Numbered from the whole stretch's first letter, positions 10,147 through 21,953 are shown. The stretch: DNA of 57,402 nucleotides, filler included, from Sphacelaria rigidula (GCA_964200075.2; 7 parts of 7 records of this genome joined end to end with filler, not necessarily neighbours in it), one strand, 5' to 3'. The notes: generated by a model from the letters alone, not told the origin. A program made the numbers and translations.

Positions 10147-11972
10147 ACAAGGACCTTGACCCATACACCGCGGGGGCAGTCCATCTGGAACATGCGTACT
10201 TGTATCAAGTGAAGATTAATGCCGATTCCGCACGTGACCAACCCTCGCGGTCCAGGGTCAAGAGTATGAGTTTTCAAAAGACCCGGGTATCGGGTATAAC
10301 AAACCCAACACGCTCTTGAAAAGTTTGAAGAGCCACAATTTTTGTATGGTAGATATGCTGGCAACAATACTGCGCTGCGGGTGAGAAATCAAGACAAGAT
10401 ACGGGATGCTTCTCATCCATTGCGAGTCAACGATCTACTTCATGTATAGCTGCTCAGTGGCATGAAATACAACTGTACGGAAGAGTTGTCGTCTGTCATG
10501 AAGTCGATTCTCAGATCCACGGTATATTGCTATAACGTCCGTGCCTCGATCCGAATCCGCACGCCACTCACTCGCAACACGAACCAGCAGCTTCATGCTA
10601 AGCCAACATCACGCAACAGAGGTCAAACCACGCCGAGTGGAACACCGCTACGGACGACGACGCCAGAGAGAGCAACTACCTTAGTACGATAGATTCTGCG
10701 ATACTCGGAAGACACATCGCCCCCGGTTCATGTTTGATCGAAATTTCGAAATTTCGAGTCGTTACCTTATTTGAACTTCATCTCCTCCCATGCTACGGCC
10801 GGGTCATCTTTCGACTCGGCTCAATAGTCGTCACTCGAAAACTGACTGCGCGATCCAGACGGACAGCCGTGAGTCTGTTGTCAGCCTTGGAAGCCAGGAT
10901 ATATGCAGATTCAAAAGACGGACACAGCATCCCTGGTCGGTCGAAGACCCCAACCTTCAGCCGCGACGGTACTTCGTCTGGGTCTTGCAAAGTATTTTCA
11001 AGTGAATTTGATGCTGGTTGAACAGATGACCTCTGCTGGTGGTGGAAGGGTAAACGTACCGCAGCAGAGATACTCCTTCCATTTGAAGTTCAACATCGTG
11101 TGGAAAAGGCTAAAGGTGCAAGTAAAAGTCTCACCCATGATACAAGCAGCAATCTGTGTGTTCCAAACATGCCAACAAACACAGCACGATCATTCCAGAG
11201 CACAAGTTACGACGCTTTCGCGAGATTGAGAGTGTTGAGCGGTCAACTGGTCAATGAATCGTTTCAATTCCGAAATGCCTCTCCACGAGGCCCGATATTC
11301 TTCCTGTTGTAGCTTGGCACTGAGGCCCTTGATATCCCTGAGGAGGATATCGACGTGAAGCCAAGCACACCTCAGTGATGGAGGCGAAGAGAAGCACAGA
11401 CGGGATAAAAAAATGGCCTAGTTAACGCGAATGACCGAAGCCACTCCCAATCAGCGCTCTACTCTCGATCTCACGAAAACGTTGTTAACTGCGGATTTCG
11501 TCCCGACGATTAGCTGGCGGAAGCAGACGGGGCAGCTGTTGTTTCAGTTCGCTCATCCTTGCTGCTGCTGATGCGCATACGCTTGTAATCTACAGTGCAG
11601 TATAGTAATACGTTGAGTCTATCTCGGCATTTTGGCATGGGACAAGATATAATAGACACGCACAGAAAGTTGCAACAACCACACGTACAAGAACAGAGCG
11701 GGTGGGCGGAGGAAAAGTGTTGAAGTTCTGCCGCCTAAACTAAACGACCTGCATCACACGAACAAATCGGCAAAAAATTGTATACCTAACGCGGTACACT
11801 TTTGTCAACCATTGCACAACCATTATCCATGGTGCGGGCTGCATGCACAGACAGAGCATGACCCCCGCGCCAACGTGCATCAAAGGCAGCTGAGGGTGCA
11901 GCCCACACAAGTCGTCACGAACCCCGCGAAAGTGCAATCAAATGTTACAAAACATACATTTTCCAACCATAC

Positions 11973-12171
11973 CTCGTTGTCCTTGGTGATGTCTTCCGTG
12001 CAGGCGTACAATACGTTGTACTCGGGGTGAAATCTTAGAAACGCAGGATTTTCCAAATTCGAGTTGACCGCCAGCAGCGTGAGGGTCCCGGTGCTGCGGT
12101 GCAGACGGTACACCCTCAGCGTATGTTTTTTCGCCGGGACTCCGGAAGGCGCATGCGCTAGATTGTCGAAC
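11973..12171 (-). CDS. Lactonase family 7-bladed beta-propeller (6-phosphogluconolactonase Pgl/YkgB-like), exon
   Basis: FDNLAHAPSGVPAKKHTLRVYRLHRSTGTLTLLAVNSNLENPAFLRFHPEYNVLYACTEDITKDNE carries the G-x-L...NP-x-F-x3-HP-x4-LYA-x2-E motif. Acceptor caacag, donor GAG|gtatgg. Confidence 0.8.
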
Positions 12172-13738
12172 CTGTTGTCAATGTGGCAGTAGGGAAAATG
12201 ATCGCGACGTTGAATGCGGCGGCGTGTTTTGTCTCGATTAGCGATGATACTTGGTGTTTGTGTTGTTGTGTGTTTTGTGTGTTGTCGTCCCATTTATTCT
12301 GGGCACCAATCTACACCATTCTGGTGCGGGGTATTATTGATCTTTCGAATGACCCCTGTTGTAATATATCATATTCTTCCCTCCGCATTTTCAAGGAAGC
12401 CAGCAGAGGTTGGTGCGGAGCAGACCTCGTTCGATCTCCACTAAAAATTTCGTGGAAGTGCAGTTGAGGTGCAACAAAGAGCGGGCATGGCGTCAGAAAT
12501 ATTTCGCGGAGATTTGCCGATGATACCAGCCCTTGGTCGTCTGGAAGATCGTACCGCAGTCAAAATCGAGAGAGGTTCATTCAGAACCATCCGCACCCAA
12601 TCGTCGGCAATCCGGTGTGCTGTCACGGTGTTGAGAGCCGCAAGTCATGAACATGAAAAAAACGCGTGCACTCAAGATAGGTGCAGCGACAGTACAGTGT
12701 AAATGTGGTGGATTGTGGAGAGTGCACGATCTGCCGTATACGATGATGAAGTTGAACTTGGCCGTTACTCTTTTCGAATTTTTGAAAACTGCAGGTATGA
12801 TGTGGAATCCTCACGTGATACATGGAACAACAATCGGGTGCAGCTGACACCATGGGAAGGAATTGATCGTGATGCTGATGAGAGGGAATACAGTATTGTG
12901 GCGATGAGCCTTGGGCTGATGAAGAATCCTGCACTGCAGCAGAGTGCGACGGTGCAAGCCGGGTGCAATGGCCCGTCGGAGTCAAGTTGAACTTGCTTCA
13001 CGAGCAGGGAGGACGACCTAGTTAGAATCAGTATCCTGTCTCGAAGGCCATGAAGCCGCCATCGCACCAGGGGAGCATGCTGCAGTCACAGAGGTAGGCA
13101 TGCATGATATGAAGTAAGTGGCGATGCATGATGAGAGCGTGAGCGCTGAAATACTTTACATCGTGGCTGTGATCGAGTGCAGCTCCACCGGATGTTGGTC
13201 AACCAGGAGTAGTCACAAAGTAGTCACGGCCGAGAACAGTGAAAATACAATGGGAGCAAAAGTGTACTATATTAGTGTATTATCGTCATCAACAACTTAC
13301 GGTCGACTCCCTGCAGCAGCCGCACACAGCAGCCGCACATGACGGTACATCAGTGCCGTACCATACGGTGCTAGGAGACAGCTAAGAGAATACTCTTCAG
13401 CACGACAAGCTTTCCTACATGTACAGTTGCTTTGCTTGCTTTCTTCAAATGTCCTCGTGCTGTTGTTATTTGTTCGATAGAGAAGCGTAGTTCAAGCTTC
13501 TCGACTAAAGTGCCTCAGGAGGCATGACACACCAAGAGTCAGATGGGACGAGAGGTAGCGTCTTATCTCGAACCGGGAGCGTTGACGGGAGCAGTCTCCA
13601 GAATGTAGTCAAGATAGAGGTCAATGATCACCAGTTCGAGTAGAAGTCTAGTCCTGCATTCGCTGCAGGCAATCTGTCCTTCTACATGTTCTCTGTCGGT
13701 TGAGGCAAGACGGTGCGGCAGAATCTCTACTCACTCAC

Positions 13739-13836
13739 CGATCATATGACGAGACGACCACAAGCGGATCCTCCTCCTCTCGCGGCACCGATGAACTGCT
13801 TGGGGACTCGACCAGCATACCGTGTTCAGCCAACAT
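13739..13836 (-). CDS. Lactonase-family gene, upstream (probably first coding) exon MLAEHGMLVESPSSSSVPREEEDPLVVVSSYDR
   Basis: Donor cg|gtgagt is phase 2 and matches the next exon, giving LVVVSSYDRFDNLAH, which resembles the family's N-terminal VG(S/T)Y strand. The frame is also open upstream to a possible acceptor at 13982. Confidence 0.7.
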
Positions 13837-14477
13837 TGTAGTGAACTTTATGTGGGTGAATTGACGTTTGTTGTTATTGCTGCTGTTGCTGCTGCTGCTG
13901 TTGCTGCTGTGTGTTGTTGTTGTTGTTTGTTGTTGGGGAGGATTTTGAGAGTGAAGAGTGGGGCTCGGACTTCTTCCTTGTCCTGTACACTGCGGCAGAA
14001 CCTGTTTATCTAAGAACGACCAGGCGAAACGTGTTATGACGCGGTCATGTGAACCGTTACAAAATCAGCGGTTTGTATGCGAGATTTGGACACGCCAGTG
14101 ACTGTCATCAGACTGTCATCAGTTGTACGGTAAGAGATGAACCCGCATGCACGCCTCCAAGGCTGCATAACCAATGGTGCGGTAGGATAACGGGCATGTC
14201 GGATGTCTTTGGCATGCTGTACCAACTTTCCCCCAATTTGAGGAGGGTGGCGACGGGTTTGCCCTGGCCATCTCACGCCAGAGCGCGGCCACCACAAAGA
14301 AAGTCGTCAAAGCTTCTTGGCAACAAAGCTGCGTTTCTCATGCAGCCGGTTTTTGGTTCCGAAAACCACCCTTATTCTTCAGGATATGACTAGTGGTAAG
14401 CCACGGCTAACGCGCGTGACAGTAGTGCCGGAGGTATCAACACGACGTACCCTGATAAAGGTTACACTTCGCCGCCC

Positions 14478-14560
14478 TCATTTTTTCTTGTCGCACTTCG
14501 AACCCCCCCCTTCGTCGGGATGAGTCCGTGGTCTCAGGGGATCAACCCATCTCTCCCCCA
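14478..14560 (-). mobile_element. SINE family B, 3' fragment
   Basis: Reverse complement of ggggagagatgggttgatcccctgagaccacggactca...gttcgaagtgcgacaaga, as at 19683-19770 and 20645-20725. Confidence 0.7.
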
Positions 14561-14677
14561 ATATAATTGAATCAATTAAAATGGAAAAAGAGCACAGACG
14601 GAGGGAACTGGGGAGAAGACGTCGAAGGGGAGATCTGAGTAGATAACTACATAATCATTCCGAAAGAAGAAAGTAAG

Positions 14678-15798
14678 CGTGTCCATTAGGGATGCTAAAC
14701 GGGGAGTGTTATCCCCCGAAAAATGTCTGGGCTGTTCGCCCACACGTCACCGCCCAGAAACCATTCTTGACGGAGGATCCTGAGGAATGGGGTTGAACGT
14801 TCAAATGAGGTTCAACTTCAGAACACAATGTTTTCCCGACCTAAACTAATGACATATGGCTATGTATATAATCAGCAAGGGGGTATCTCGAACTCGAGGT
14901 TGGCGGAATGTTTTACAGTAAAATATACCGGGAACCCCGAGTTTGAGATACCTCCAGCAACCGCCCCCCATCGGAAGAGTGATGCTGCGATAGGGTCTGC
15001 ACTTTTGGGGCCAAAACCGGCCTGGTGCAGGGGTTCCTAAAATTAGGAACTACACAAGAATATGGGTCAGGATATCCCCGTTTGCAAATTCATTCGGGAT
15101 ATCCCTAGCAAATTGGAAGAAAAACCCTGGCGTACTCTCACCTATTATTTCGAAAGTCGTGTTTTGGATGAGATAAAGGGTTCCTAACGATTCTACTCTC
15201 AGGCCGTAAAAGTGCTGACCCTATCGCAGCATCACTCGGAAATTTTCTCAGCAGTACTGCAGAATTTGAGGGAAGCTTGAAAAAAACTTGAAGAAAAATG
15301 TTCAACCCCGGGATGTGTCAGCGTTGTGGAGGTGGAGGTGTAGCGTCTGAATACCAAGGGGCGTCACCAAAACCCTTGGACATCGAGCATCGCCTCGGAA
15401 CAGTTTCACAGGCTGACAGTCCACGGACATCCAGAGTTGTCCTCTAATAATAAGCAGACGCACAGCAGCATGCAGTTGGCTGTGTTCAGTGAGAGCAATG
15501 GCACGCTGAGTGTATCTTGCCGTCATATCCAGCAAAGACACACAGCATACACATACTGACTCTGTACTTACATAACCACTACGAAAAAAGGGAGTCAGCG
15601 TGACCGTTAGGGATGCTAAACGGACGGGGGGTGGTGTTAGCCCTCGGAAAGTGTCCGGGTTGTTCGACGATACCTCACCGACCATATATATATACCACTC
15701 TCAACCGAGGATCCTGCGAAATGGGGTTGAACCAGATTGAACATTAAGATGAACTTCAACTTCAACCACTGCTTCGCTGACCTAAAGTAGTGACATAT
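14678..15798. repeat. Pair of ~180-200-bp diverged direct repeats (14678-14856 and 15598-15798)
   Basis: Both contain ttagggatgctaaacgg...gaggatcctg.g.aatggggttgaac...ttcaacttca...gacctaaa.ta.tgacatat. Confidence 0.8.
14977..15237. mobile_element. MITE with GAG termini, ~36-bp TIR and 4-bp TSD (Sola-like)
   Basis: gagtgatgctgcgatagggtc... / ...gaccctatcgcagcatcactc, flanked by GGAA on both sides. Confidence 0.8.
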
Positions 15799-16179
15799 TA
15801 CTTTCATATATGGACCACCTCATCCACTCCGATCTTCCCCAATCTATTTTGAGGAGTTTCCATAGCCTTCCGTTCTCGCAGAGGGTGTATGTGCGAAAAC
15901 ACATTTTGGCCTCGATTTGGGGGGTGAATAGGGGGACGCTTTTTAGCCCGATAATGGTTTGTTGCACATGGTCATACTCTGCGGGGAAACGGAAGCCTCG
16001 AAACCCCCCAAAAAAGTTTCAGGGAGATTCGGGGGGGGAGGGGGAGGGTAAGGTCGGTCATATTTACTACTCGTATCGCAAACATCGCCGAGGACTACAG
16101 TTTTTAATATTATAAATCTTTCTGTGAATATATGCAGATCCGGTTTCTTTCCTATTTCGTTATGGATACAGAAGTAAGT

Positions 16180-16330
16180 GAGTGATGCTACGATAGGGGT
16201 AGAGAAATAATTTCTGATATTAGAGTGATGCTACGATAGGGGTAGAGAAATAATTTCTGATATTAGAATTGTTAGGAGCCCCTTATCTCATTCAAAACAC
16301 GAGTTATAAAAATATGCGAGAGTACACCAG
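16180..16330. mobile_element. Partial copy of the GAG-terminus MITE with an exact 43-bp tandem duplication of the TIR
   Basis: gagtgatgctacgataggggtagagaaataatttctgatatta occurs twice (16180, 16223). The following sequence resembles the reverse complement of 15128-15195. Confidence 0.75.
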
Positions 16331-16430
16331 NNNNNNNNNNNNNNNNNNNNNNNNNNNNNNNNNNNNNNNNNNNNTTAATTAATTAANNNNNNNNNNNNNN
16401 NNNNNNNNNNNNNNNNNNNNNNNNNNNNNN
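16331..16430. other. Artificial contig linker
   Basis: N44-TTAATTAATTAA-N44. Confidence 0.98.
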
Positions 16431-16499
16431 TTTTTTTTTTGTTGGTGGTGAGCTGGTTTGTGCCCGGGTGCGGCGCAGGGGTTTTGGTGAGGTTGGGCT

Positions 16500-16583
16500 A
16501 TTGTAAAAAGTGTCAGCCTCGAACCCAGATCCGAACCGTTAGGGGGGTTCGAGGTTACCAACTATGCTACCTGGGAGACCGGC
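16500..16583 (-). mobile_element. SINE family A tRNA-like head
   Basis: Reverse complement gccggtctcccaggtagcatagttggtaacctcgaa...gggttcga matches 49045-49112. Confidence 0.65.
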
Positions 16584-17455
16584 CGATGACGGCCGGTCGA
16601 AATTTCGGCACGCAAAAGTGAAGTTTTAACGCTGCACGAATCCGGCGAAGTTTTGACGTTTTTGTCAGCATTTACACTTCATCCAAATCTAATGCACGGG
16701 GTATATTATACTTACTGATTTACTTGTGACTTCTCCACATGAACACAAGCGGGTCCTGTAAGGAGCATGTATCAAACCCGATGTACCATCCCAAATTCGA
16801 AGAAAATACACACACACATACACACAAAATATATATGTACGAGTTGTGTGCAACATCAAAAACAGCTGTGACGACAGTGCTGATATTTCTCATCACGAGG
16901 AGCAAAATGGTTATTACAGGGCGATCGCATGCACCACTACTGCTCCCCAAACGTTGAACTAGATTTACCGTAGGTGACCCCCCAATGACTTGTCGCCGGG
17001 TATGATATACACGGTAGGGTCATGCACTACGTACCAAGGGGTCCTACCAATCGCAGGTCGGTAACTCCTTTTCACTCCCTCCGTCTCCCCTTCGAACGCT
17101 GTCGATAACGAAGAAGCAGTTTGAATGCCCGGCAGATATCTTGTTGCTGATAGTACACTTCTCAATATCGCAATCATCTACGGTATATGTAGACTCTGGC
17201 CACCATTGTTACTCAGGATGGGTACACGAATGCAGTCGGGTCCCTGTGCAGCAGGCACGTCTACGGCTCATTCAAAATCATAGAACTTTACCCACTGGGT
17301 GCGGTGCAGTGCTATATACATATATACCGACAACATGCCAAAAATGAACTAGAACGTATCACCTGGTGGGGTGTTCTTCAGGGGGGGCGTGTTGTACTCC
17401 GTACGTACCGATAATATACACCGCCACCTGTGCTACCGCACCGTGAAAAATTCAC

Positions 17456-17626
17456 CTTTTGGATTGAGTCCCACGCGCAAAGGGCGACCGGCCAGCTGCT
17501 GTGGCCGCGGTTGTGCATGCTGGCGGGAGAATTGTCGTGCGCCCTGAGCCAGCCCGCCTCGTACGTGCTCACGTGGCCGTCAGACCACGTTATCCTTACT
17601 TCGTTGGAATTCGTCGGGTTTACGAC
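17456..17626 (-). CDS. GBBH-like N-terminal domain (DUF971; gamma-butyrobetaine/trimethyllysine dioxygenase family), internal exon
   Basis: EVRITWSDGHVSTYEAGWLRAH matches the I-x-W-x-DGH-x-S-x-Y-x3-WL motif. Acceptor cctccag, donor AAG|gtgaat, 171 bp, phase 0/0. Confidence 0.85.
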
Positions 17627-17718
17627 CTGGAGGATGTGTACGACAAAGAGAGAGAGAGAGAGGGAAGCACACAGCACAGAGCATAGAGCAGAGGGAATAT
17701 ATATATATATATATACAT

Positions 17719-18093
17719 ACAAGGTTGCCCTTCCGGGGGTGATGCAAGTCGAAAATATATCAGTGTTTTTCATTTTCCATATCATGGAGGCATTTGTGTG
17801 GGAGAATGTGTACCTTCCAGTAGATACTGTCATATTCCGCAGTTTCATTTGTCCCAAGCCAAGAGTGGTGATCATCACGGGAAGAGGGGTGGGCACTTCC
17901 AGCATGAAGAGCTCGCTTCACGGGCGGTGTGCGAAGGTGGGAAAAGCACAATCACGCACGAGACCCGTCACAGCACACATCGCGAGTGATTGCTACTGAG
18001 AAAGGTCGCGTACCGGTCGTACACGGCGAACTTGCGCAGGGTTCTTTACATGCCGGCCCCACCCCGCGCACACGGATTCCAAATCTCACTTGT
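17719..18093. repeat. ~380-bp dispersed repeat, copy 2
   Basis: Matches 2210-2605. Lies next to a (TA)n tract in an intron. Confidence 0.85.
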
Positions 18094-19231
18094 TTACGGT
18101 ATATATGTATGATACTGCTTGCTGTCTGTGTGTACATGGTGTACCACCCCTCGCTCCGCCAGCGGTCGGTGTTGCAGCTAAGCGTGCATTTTCCCGAGGT
18201 GGCGCACGCAGGAGTAATAGGCCGCCTCTGCCGCTATGATTCCTGCCTGTATCTTGAACGGAGCTGTATGGCAACACAGCCGCTGTGGCGCGCAAGCCCG
18301 TTTTGACAAGAAGTACCGCGTGAAGGTTTCTACACTGTCTTGAAGTGATACTGCGCGCAGTTCCCACTACGAGTATTTCGCACGTCGCAGTAAGCAATAG
18401 TTCCATACGGTGCACAGTGCATTATTTTCAATCGTATACTGACTGTAGAAAGCTCTTATCTAGGGTGTAATAAGCTTCCACACATATTAGGCGGTGAGAT
18501 CGTGAAATAATCCACTGCACATGACCGAAGTGGAAGTGAGGCAACCACCGAAATATTCACGTGCAAAGCCTGTGCGGCCGTACTCTATGTTGATAACGCT
18601 AGAAGAACACCAGCGCAACGAACATCCCGGCTGCCGGCCTGTTTGCACCGCCGTCCCCGTAGTGATGGAACTGTCTGCATCGGCATGTCGCCCCTAGTGC
18701 CAGGTACGCTGGGAAGGGTCCATGGCACTACCCACTGGTCGCGCGACAGGAGCTCAACCTTCGACTGTCGAGATTTTTGAAGCGGAAATGTCCAGCTCCC
18801 AACCCTGACATAGATAGCGGACCATAAACGATGCTTGTTTACTGGGTTTCTTCGAGCGTTCATCCATAACTGGGCGAATATTAATAATGAAGCCGCCAGG
18901 ATCCGTCGCAGCCTGCGAGCTCAACTGTCACTGTACCGACTATGGTCGTCATCAGACAGCAGGGTGGTGAAAAAATAGTATCCCACGCACCGTGGGTATC
19001 AACCGTATCAATGCAGACCGGGCCACCAGCGACTTCCCCTGCTGCAGCTGCGACTGTGACACCTTCCTCTTATACCAATCCACACATTCTCCAATGATCT
19101 TCGACATGCTTTTGTTGACTGTTGGGTTCGCATGACTGGGACTCACATAACGCAGATATGACAATGTTAGAGGCTTCACGTCGACACTTAAGAATAATGG
19201 GTCTCAGATCATTCGACTTGCGTTTGCTGCT

Positions 19232-19637
19232 GACCAAGGCCAAGGCAATGTTCAACTATTCTCAACTGCTTTGCTCCCATGTTCTCGTGACATTCGCTGC
19301 ATAACCGCTGTCTCCGTGCTCTCAAATCAACGAGAACGCAAAGAAAAACACGGTGAAAACATACCCCACCATGAACAGGCTTTTGTGGTTCAAGTTCCTG
19401 TTCAAAGGTTTCCACTATCTTGAAAAAGCTTCTGTGGTTCGGGATCGACACCCCGCGAAAAATAGCCAGTTTGGGCGACTTTCGGTGACCAGAACACGCA
19501 CCATAGGTATCAGATGGCACCCAAACGTGAACGGTAGTGTACCGCTGCGCCTTCTTCATGCGCTGCGAAAGAAAGCGCGGGATAAAATGCCTTGCTGCCA
19601 GAGAAAACTCAGCAAAAATGGTGAAAAATGTGAAATG
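19232..19637. repeat. ~400-bp dispersed repeat, copy 2
   Basis: Matches 3191-3594. Confidence 0.85.
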
Positions 19638-19682
19638 GTTTATGTACACATATATATACATACATATGGGTATGCATCATAC

Positions 19683-19770
19683 CGGGGGAGAAATGGCTTG
19701 ATCCCGTGAGACCACGGACTCATGCCGAAGAAGGGGAGGGGTTCGAAGTGCGACAAGATGCAAAAATAAA
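19683..19770 (+). mobile_element. SINE family B, 3' fragment
   Basis: ggggagaaatggcttgatcccgtgagaccacggactca...aagtgcgacaa followed by an A-rich tail. Confidence 0.7.
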
Positions 19771-20257
19771 GTATGAATGAAAAGTAGTATATCAGCGTTG
19801 AAATAGAAGAGGAAAAAATATCATGTATCCGCGAAAGCGAGAAGAAACAATCACACGCACATAACGAAATCACATTCAGAGTGGGCTCTTCAGGGTGGGC
19901 GAGGATACGTCATCATTGAGCCATGACGTACATAACAAAAGAACCTGAAAAAAGTGAGGTTGAACACTCAAAGGGAGTTGAAGTCACCTTGCGAAAAGTC
20001 ACGTGTTACGTTGAACTGTTTTGCAAATAACAACCAACTGAGGATTTTTTTTTTTTTTGTGAAGCTTCCTATAGCTTGCCTCTTCGCGTATTGTTGCTTC
20101 GGTGTCTGCAACTCCTTTAGTACATTCGAAAGCCGCTTTCATCGGATTCCCTCATCTTGAAAAAAATAGTGCTCGAGTTTTGGTCCAGTCCTAGGAAACT
20201 TCGCAAGGGGCAGGGATTTTCCACCTGTGGAATTTCCTATTTGTCCATCTATAAACT

Positions 20258-20770
20258 GCCGCCGCACCCCGGTGGTGTAATGGTCCGACTGTCGCCATTA
20301 TGGTGGAGAGAACGAGGGTTCGATTCCCGATGCGTCGGGTTTTTTTTCGTAATATCTTATTACCACCGTGGAAAGCGTGAGAACGTGAGTGAATGAAGTA
20401 GTTGGCTGTGTTTGTTTGACGTGAGTTGACGCGGTGCGGGATTGTTTGGTCATGATCCAATCCGCGAGACTAAAGTGCAAGGAGTGTACCGGGGAGATTT
20501 CGTAATATCTTATTTCCACCGTGGAAAGCGTGAGAACGTGAGTGAACAAAGTAGTTGACTGTGCTTGTTTGACGTGAGTTGGCGCGGTGCGAGAGTATTT
20601 GGTCGTGACGATCCAATCCGCGAGACCAAAGTACAAGGCGTGTACCGGGGAGATATGAATAGGTTGATCCCTTGAGACCACGGACTCAGCTCGAGGGAGG
20701 GGATGGGTTAAAAATGCGACAAATGAATAAGAAATGAAATAACACGAAAGAAAAGGAATTAAAAGAAAAG
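20258..20770 (+). mobile_element. tRNA-derived SINE family B with an internal ~150-bp tandem duplication
   Basis: A-box-like tggtgtaatgg and B box ggttcgattcc. The body unit ttcgtaatatcttatt..ccaccgtggaaagcgtgagaacgtgagt..tgtaccggggagat occurs twice. A-rich tail. Confidence 0.8.
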
Positions 20771-21691
20771 AAAACGATTCCAGCAACGGGAAGGAATCTT
20801 ATCCGAAAGGCCAACATCGACACCTTACTTTTCATGAGAGTATTTCCCCTTGTATCATCTCGGGAGAGTTCGAAAAACTCCGGAACAATTCTTAACGAGA
20901 CCCGAAGGAAATCGACGGCAGCATCCTCCTCTCACCTGGTGAGAGCCGTTTCGAATATGCAAAGGAGATACATCGTTTTAGACACCGGAGCAACAATGTG
21001 CGACAAAGCAAGCTAGGAAGGGGAAGAAGTTCCAAAGTTTCAACAGACAAACGAAATCTTCACTGAGTTGTATTGGGAAATATGTTCCCAATAAAGTATG
21101 ACTTTTCGGAAGGCGACTCCAACCCCATTTGAGTGTTATACCTCATTTTTTCAGGATTCTTTGTCACATATATTGTTGCAAGGCTCTTCGATGCATGTGC
21201 AATGAGGCAAACACACTACAGTGAATCAAAAGTTCACTTGTTTGCCGAAACAAAAGTTCACCTTCGTCGCTCACGACAGTGACTGCCAGTCTCACCTCTT
21301 CAATTGGGGGGGGCGCAGGGGAGGGGCCGGAGAGGGGAGGAGGTCCTCGGTTGTGTGTTCAATTCGGATCTGGGTCTACCCTCCATCCTGAGGGGCTCGC
21401 ATCCATCCAACTCAAGACTTCTAACCGGTAATGATTGACTGCCAAAGCTCCGGCGAGAACTGTTTTCGTGAGGGTTAGTCATTTCGGCTCATTCGCGAAA
21501 ACAGCCCATACGTATCAACTTTGTTTGCCGGTAGATGGTATGAAAAAAGAGCATAAGACATGGAGGGAGCACAACCCCTCCCCTCTCCCCAAGACACTTT
21601 GGCCAAACAGGTGCACATAAAATTTTGGTCAAGAGTAGTCCGAGTTGGTCGCTACAGGCCTCTCACGTCATCTACACTATGTGAAAGCATG

Positions 21692-21953
21692 CCCCGACTA
21701 ATGCCGAGATAGCCCCTCCCCACAAAAAGTGCACCGGAGACCGTCCGACAAACCGGCTGCGATCACACTATTGGGCTTGTTAACAGCAATTTCGCCCACA
21801 TGAGAGGCGTGTAGCAGTCTAAAATCAGCTATAACGCCCAAATGAATTGCGTCGTGCAGCACGAAACCAGCTCTAACGGCATTTATGATCATCTCGCCTT
21901 CGTGCACTTTGTTGGCCGGTTCGGGGAGGGGCTATCTCGGCAGCAGTCCCGGG
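21692..21953. mobile_element. MITE with a 20-bp perfect core TIR
   Basis: tgccgagatagcccctcccc (from 21702) and ggggaggggctatctcggca (ends 21942). Pairing extends imperfectly to aaagtgcac/gtgcacttt. Confidence 0.75.

Noticed and set aside
12440-13080. Possible copia integrase relic (YDDEVELGRYSFRIF...SRDTW) in the lactonase intron
   Set aside because: Only a vague resemblance across different frames, with no catalytic motif. It needs a profile search.
20258-20335. tRNA gene (likewise 22797, 49045, 26611, 16583)
   Set aside because: A and B boxes are present but there is no proper acceptor or anticodon stem, and each continues into a shared repeat body. These are SINE heads.
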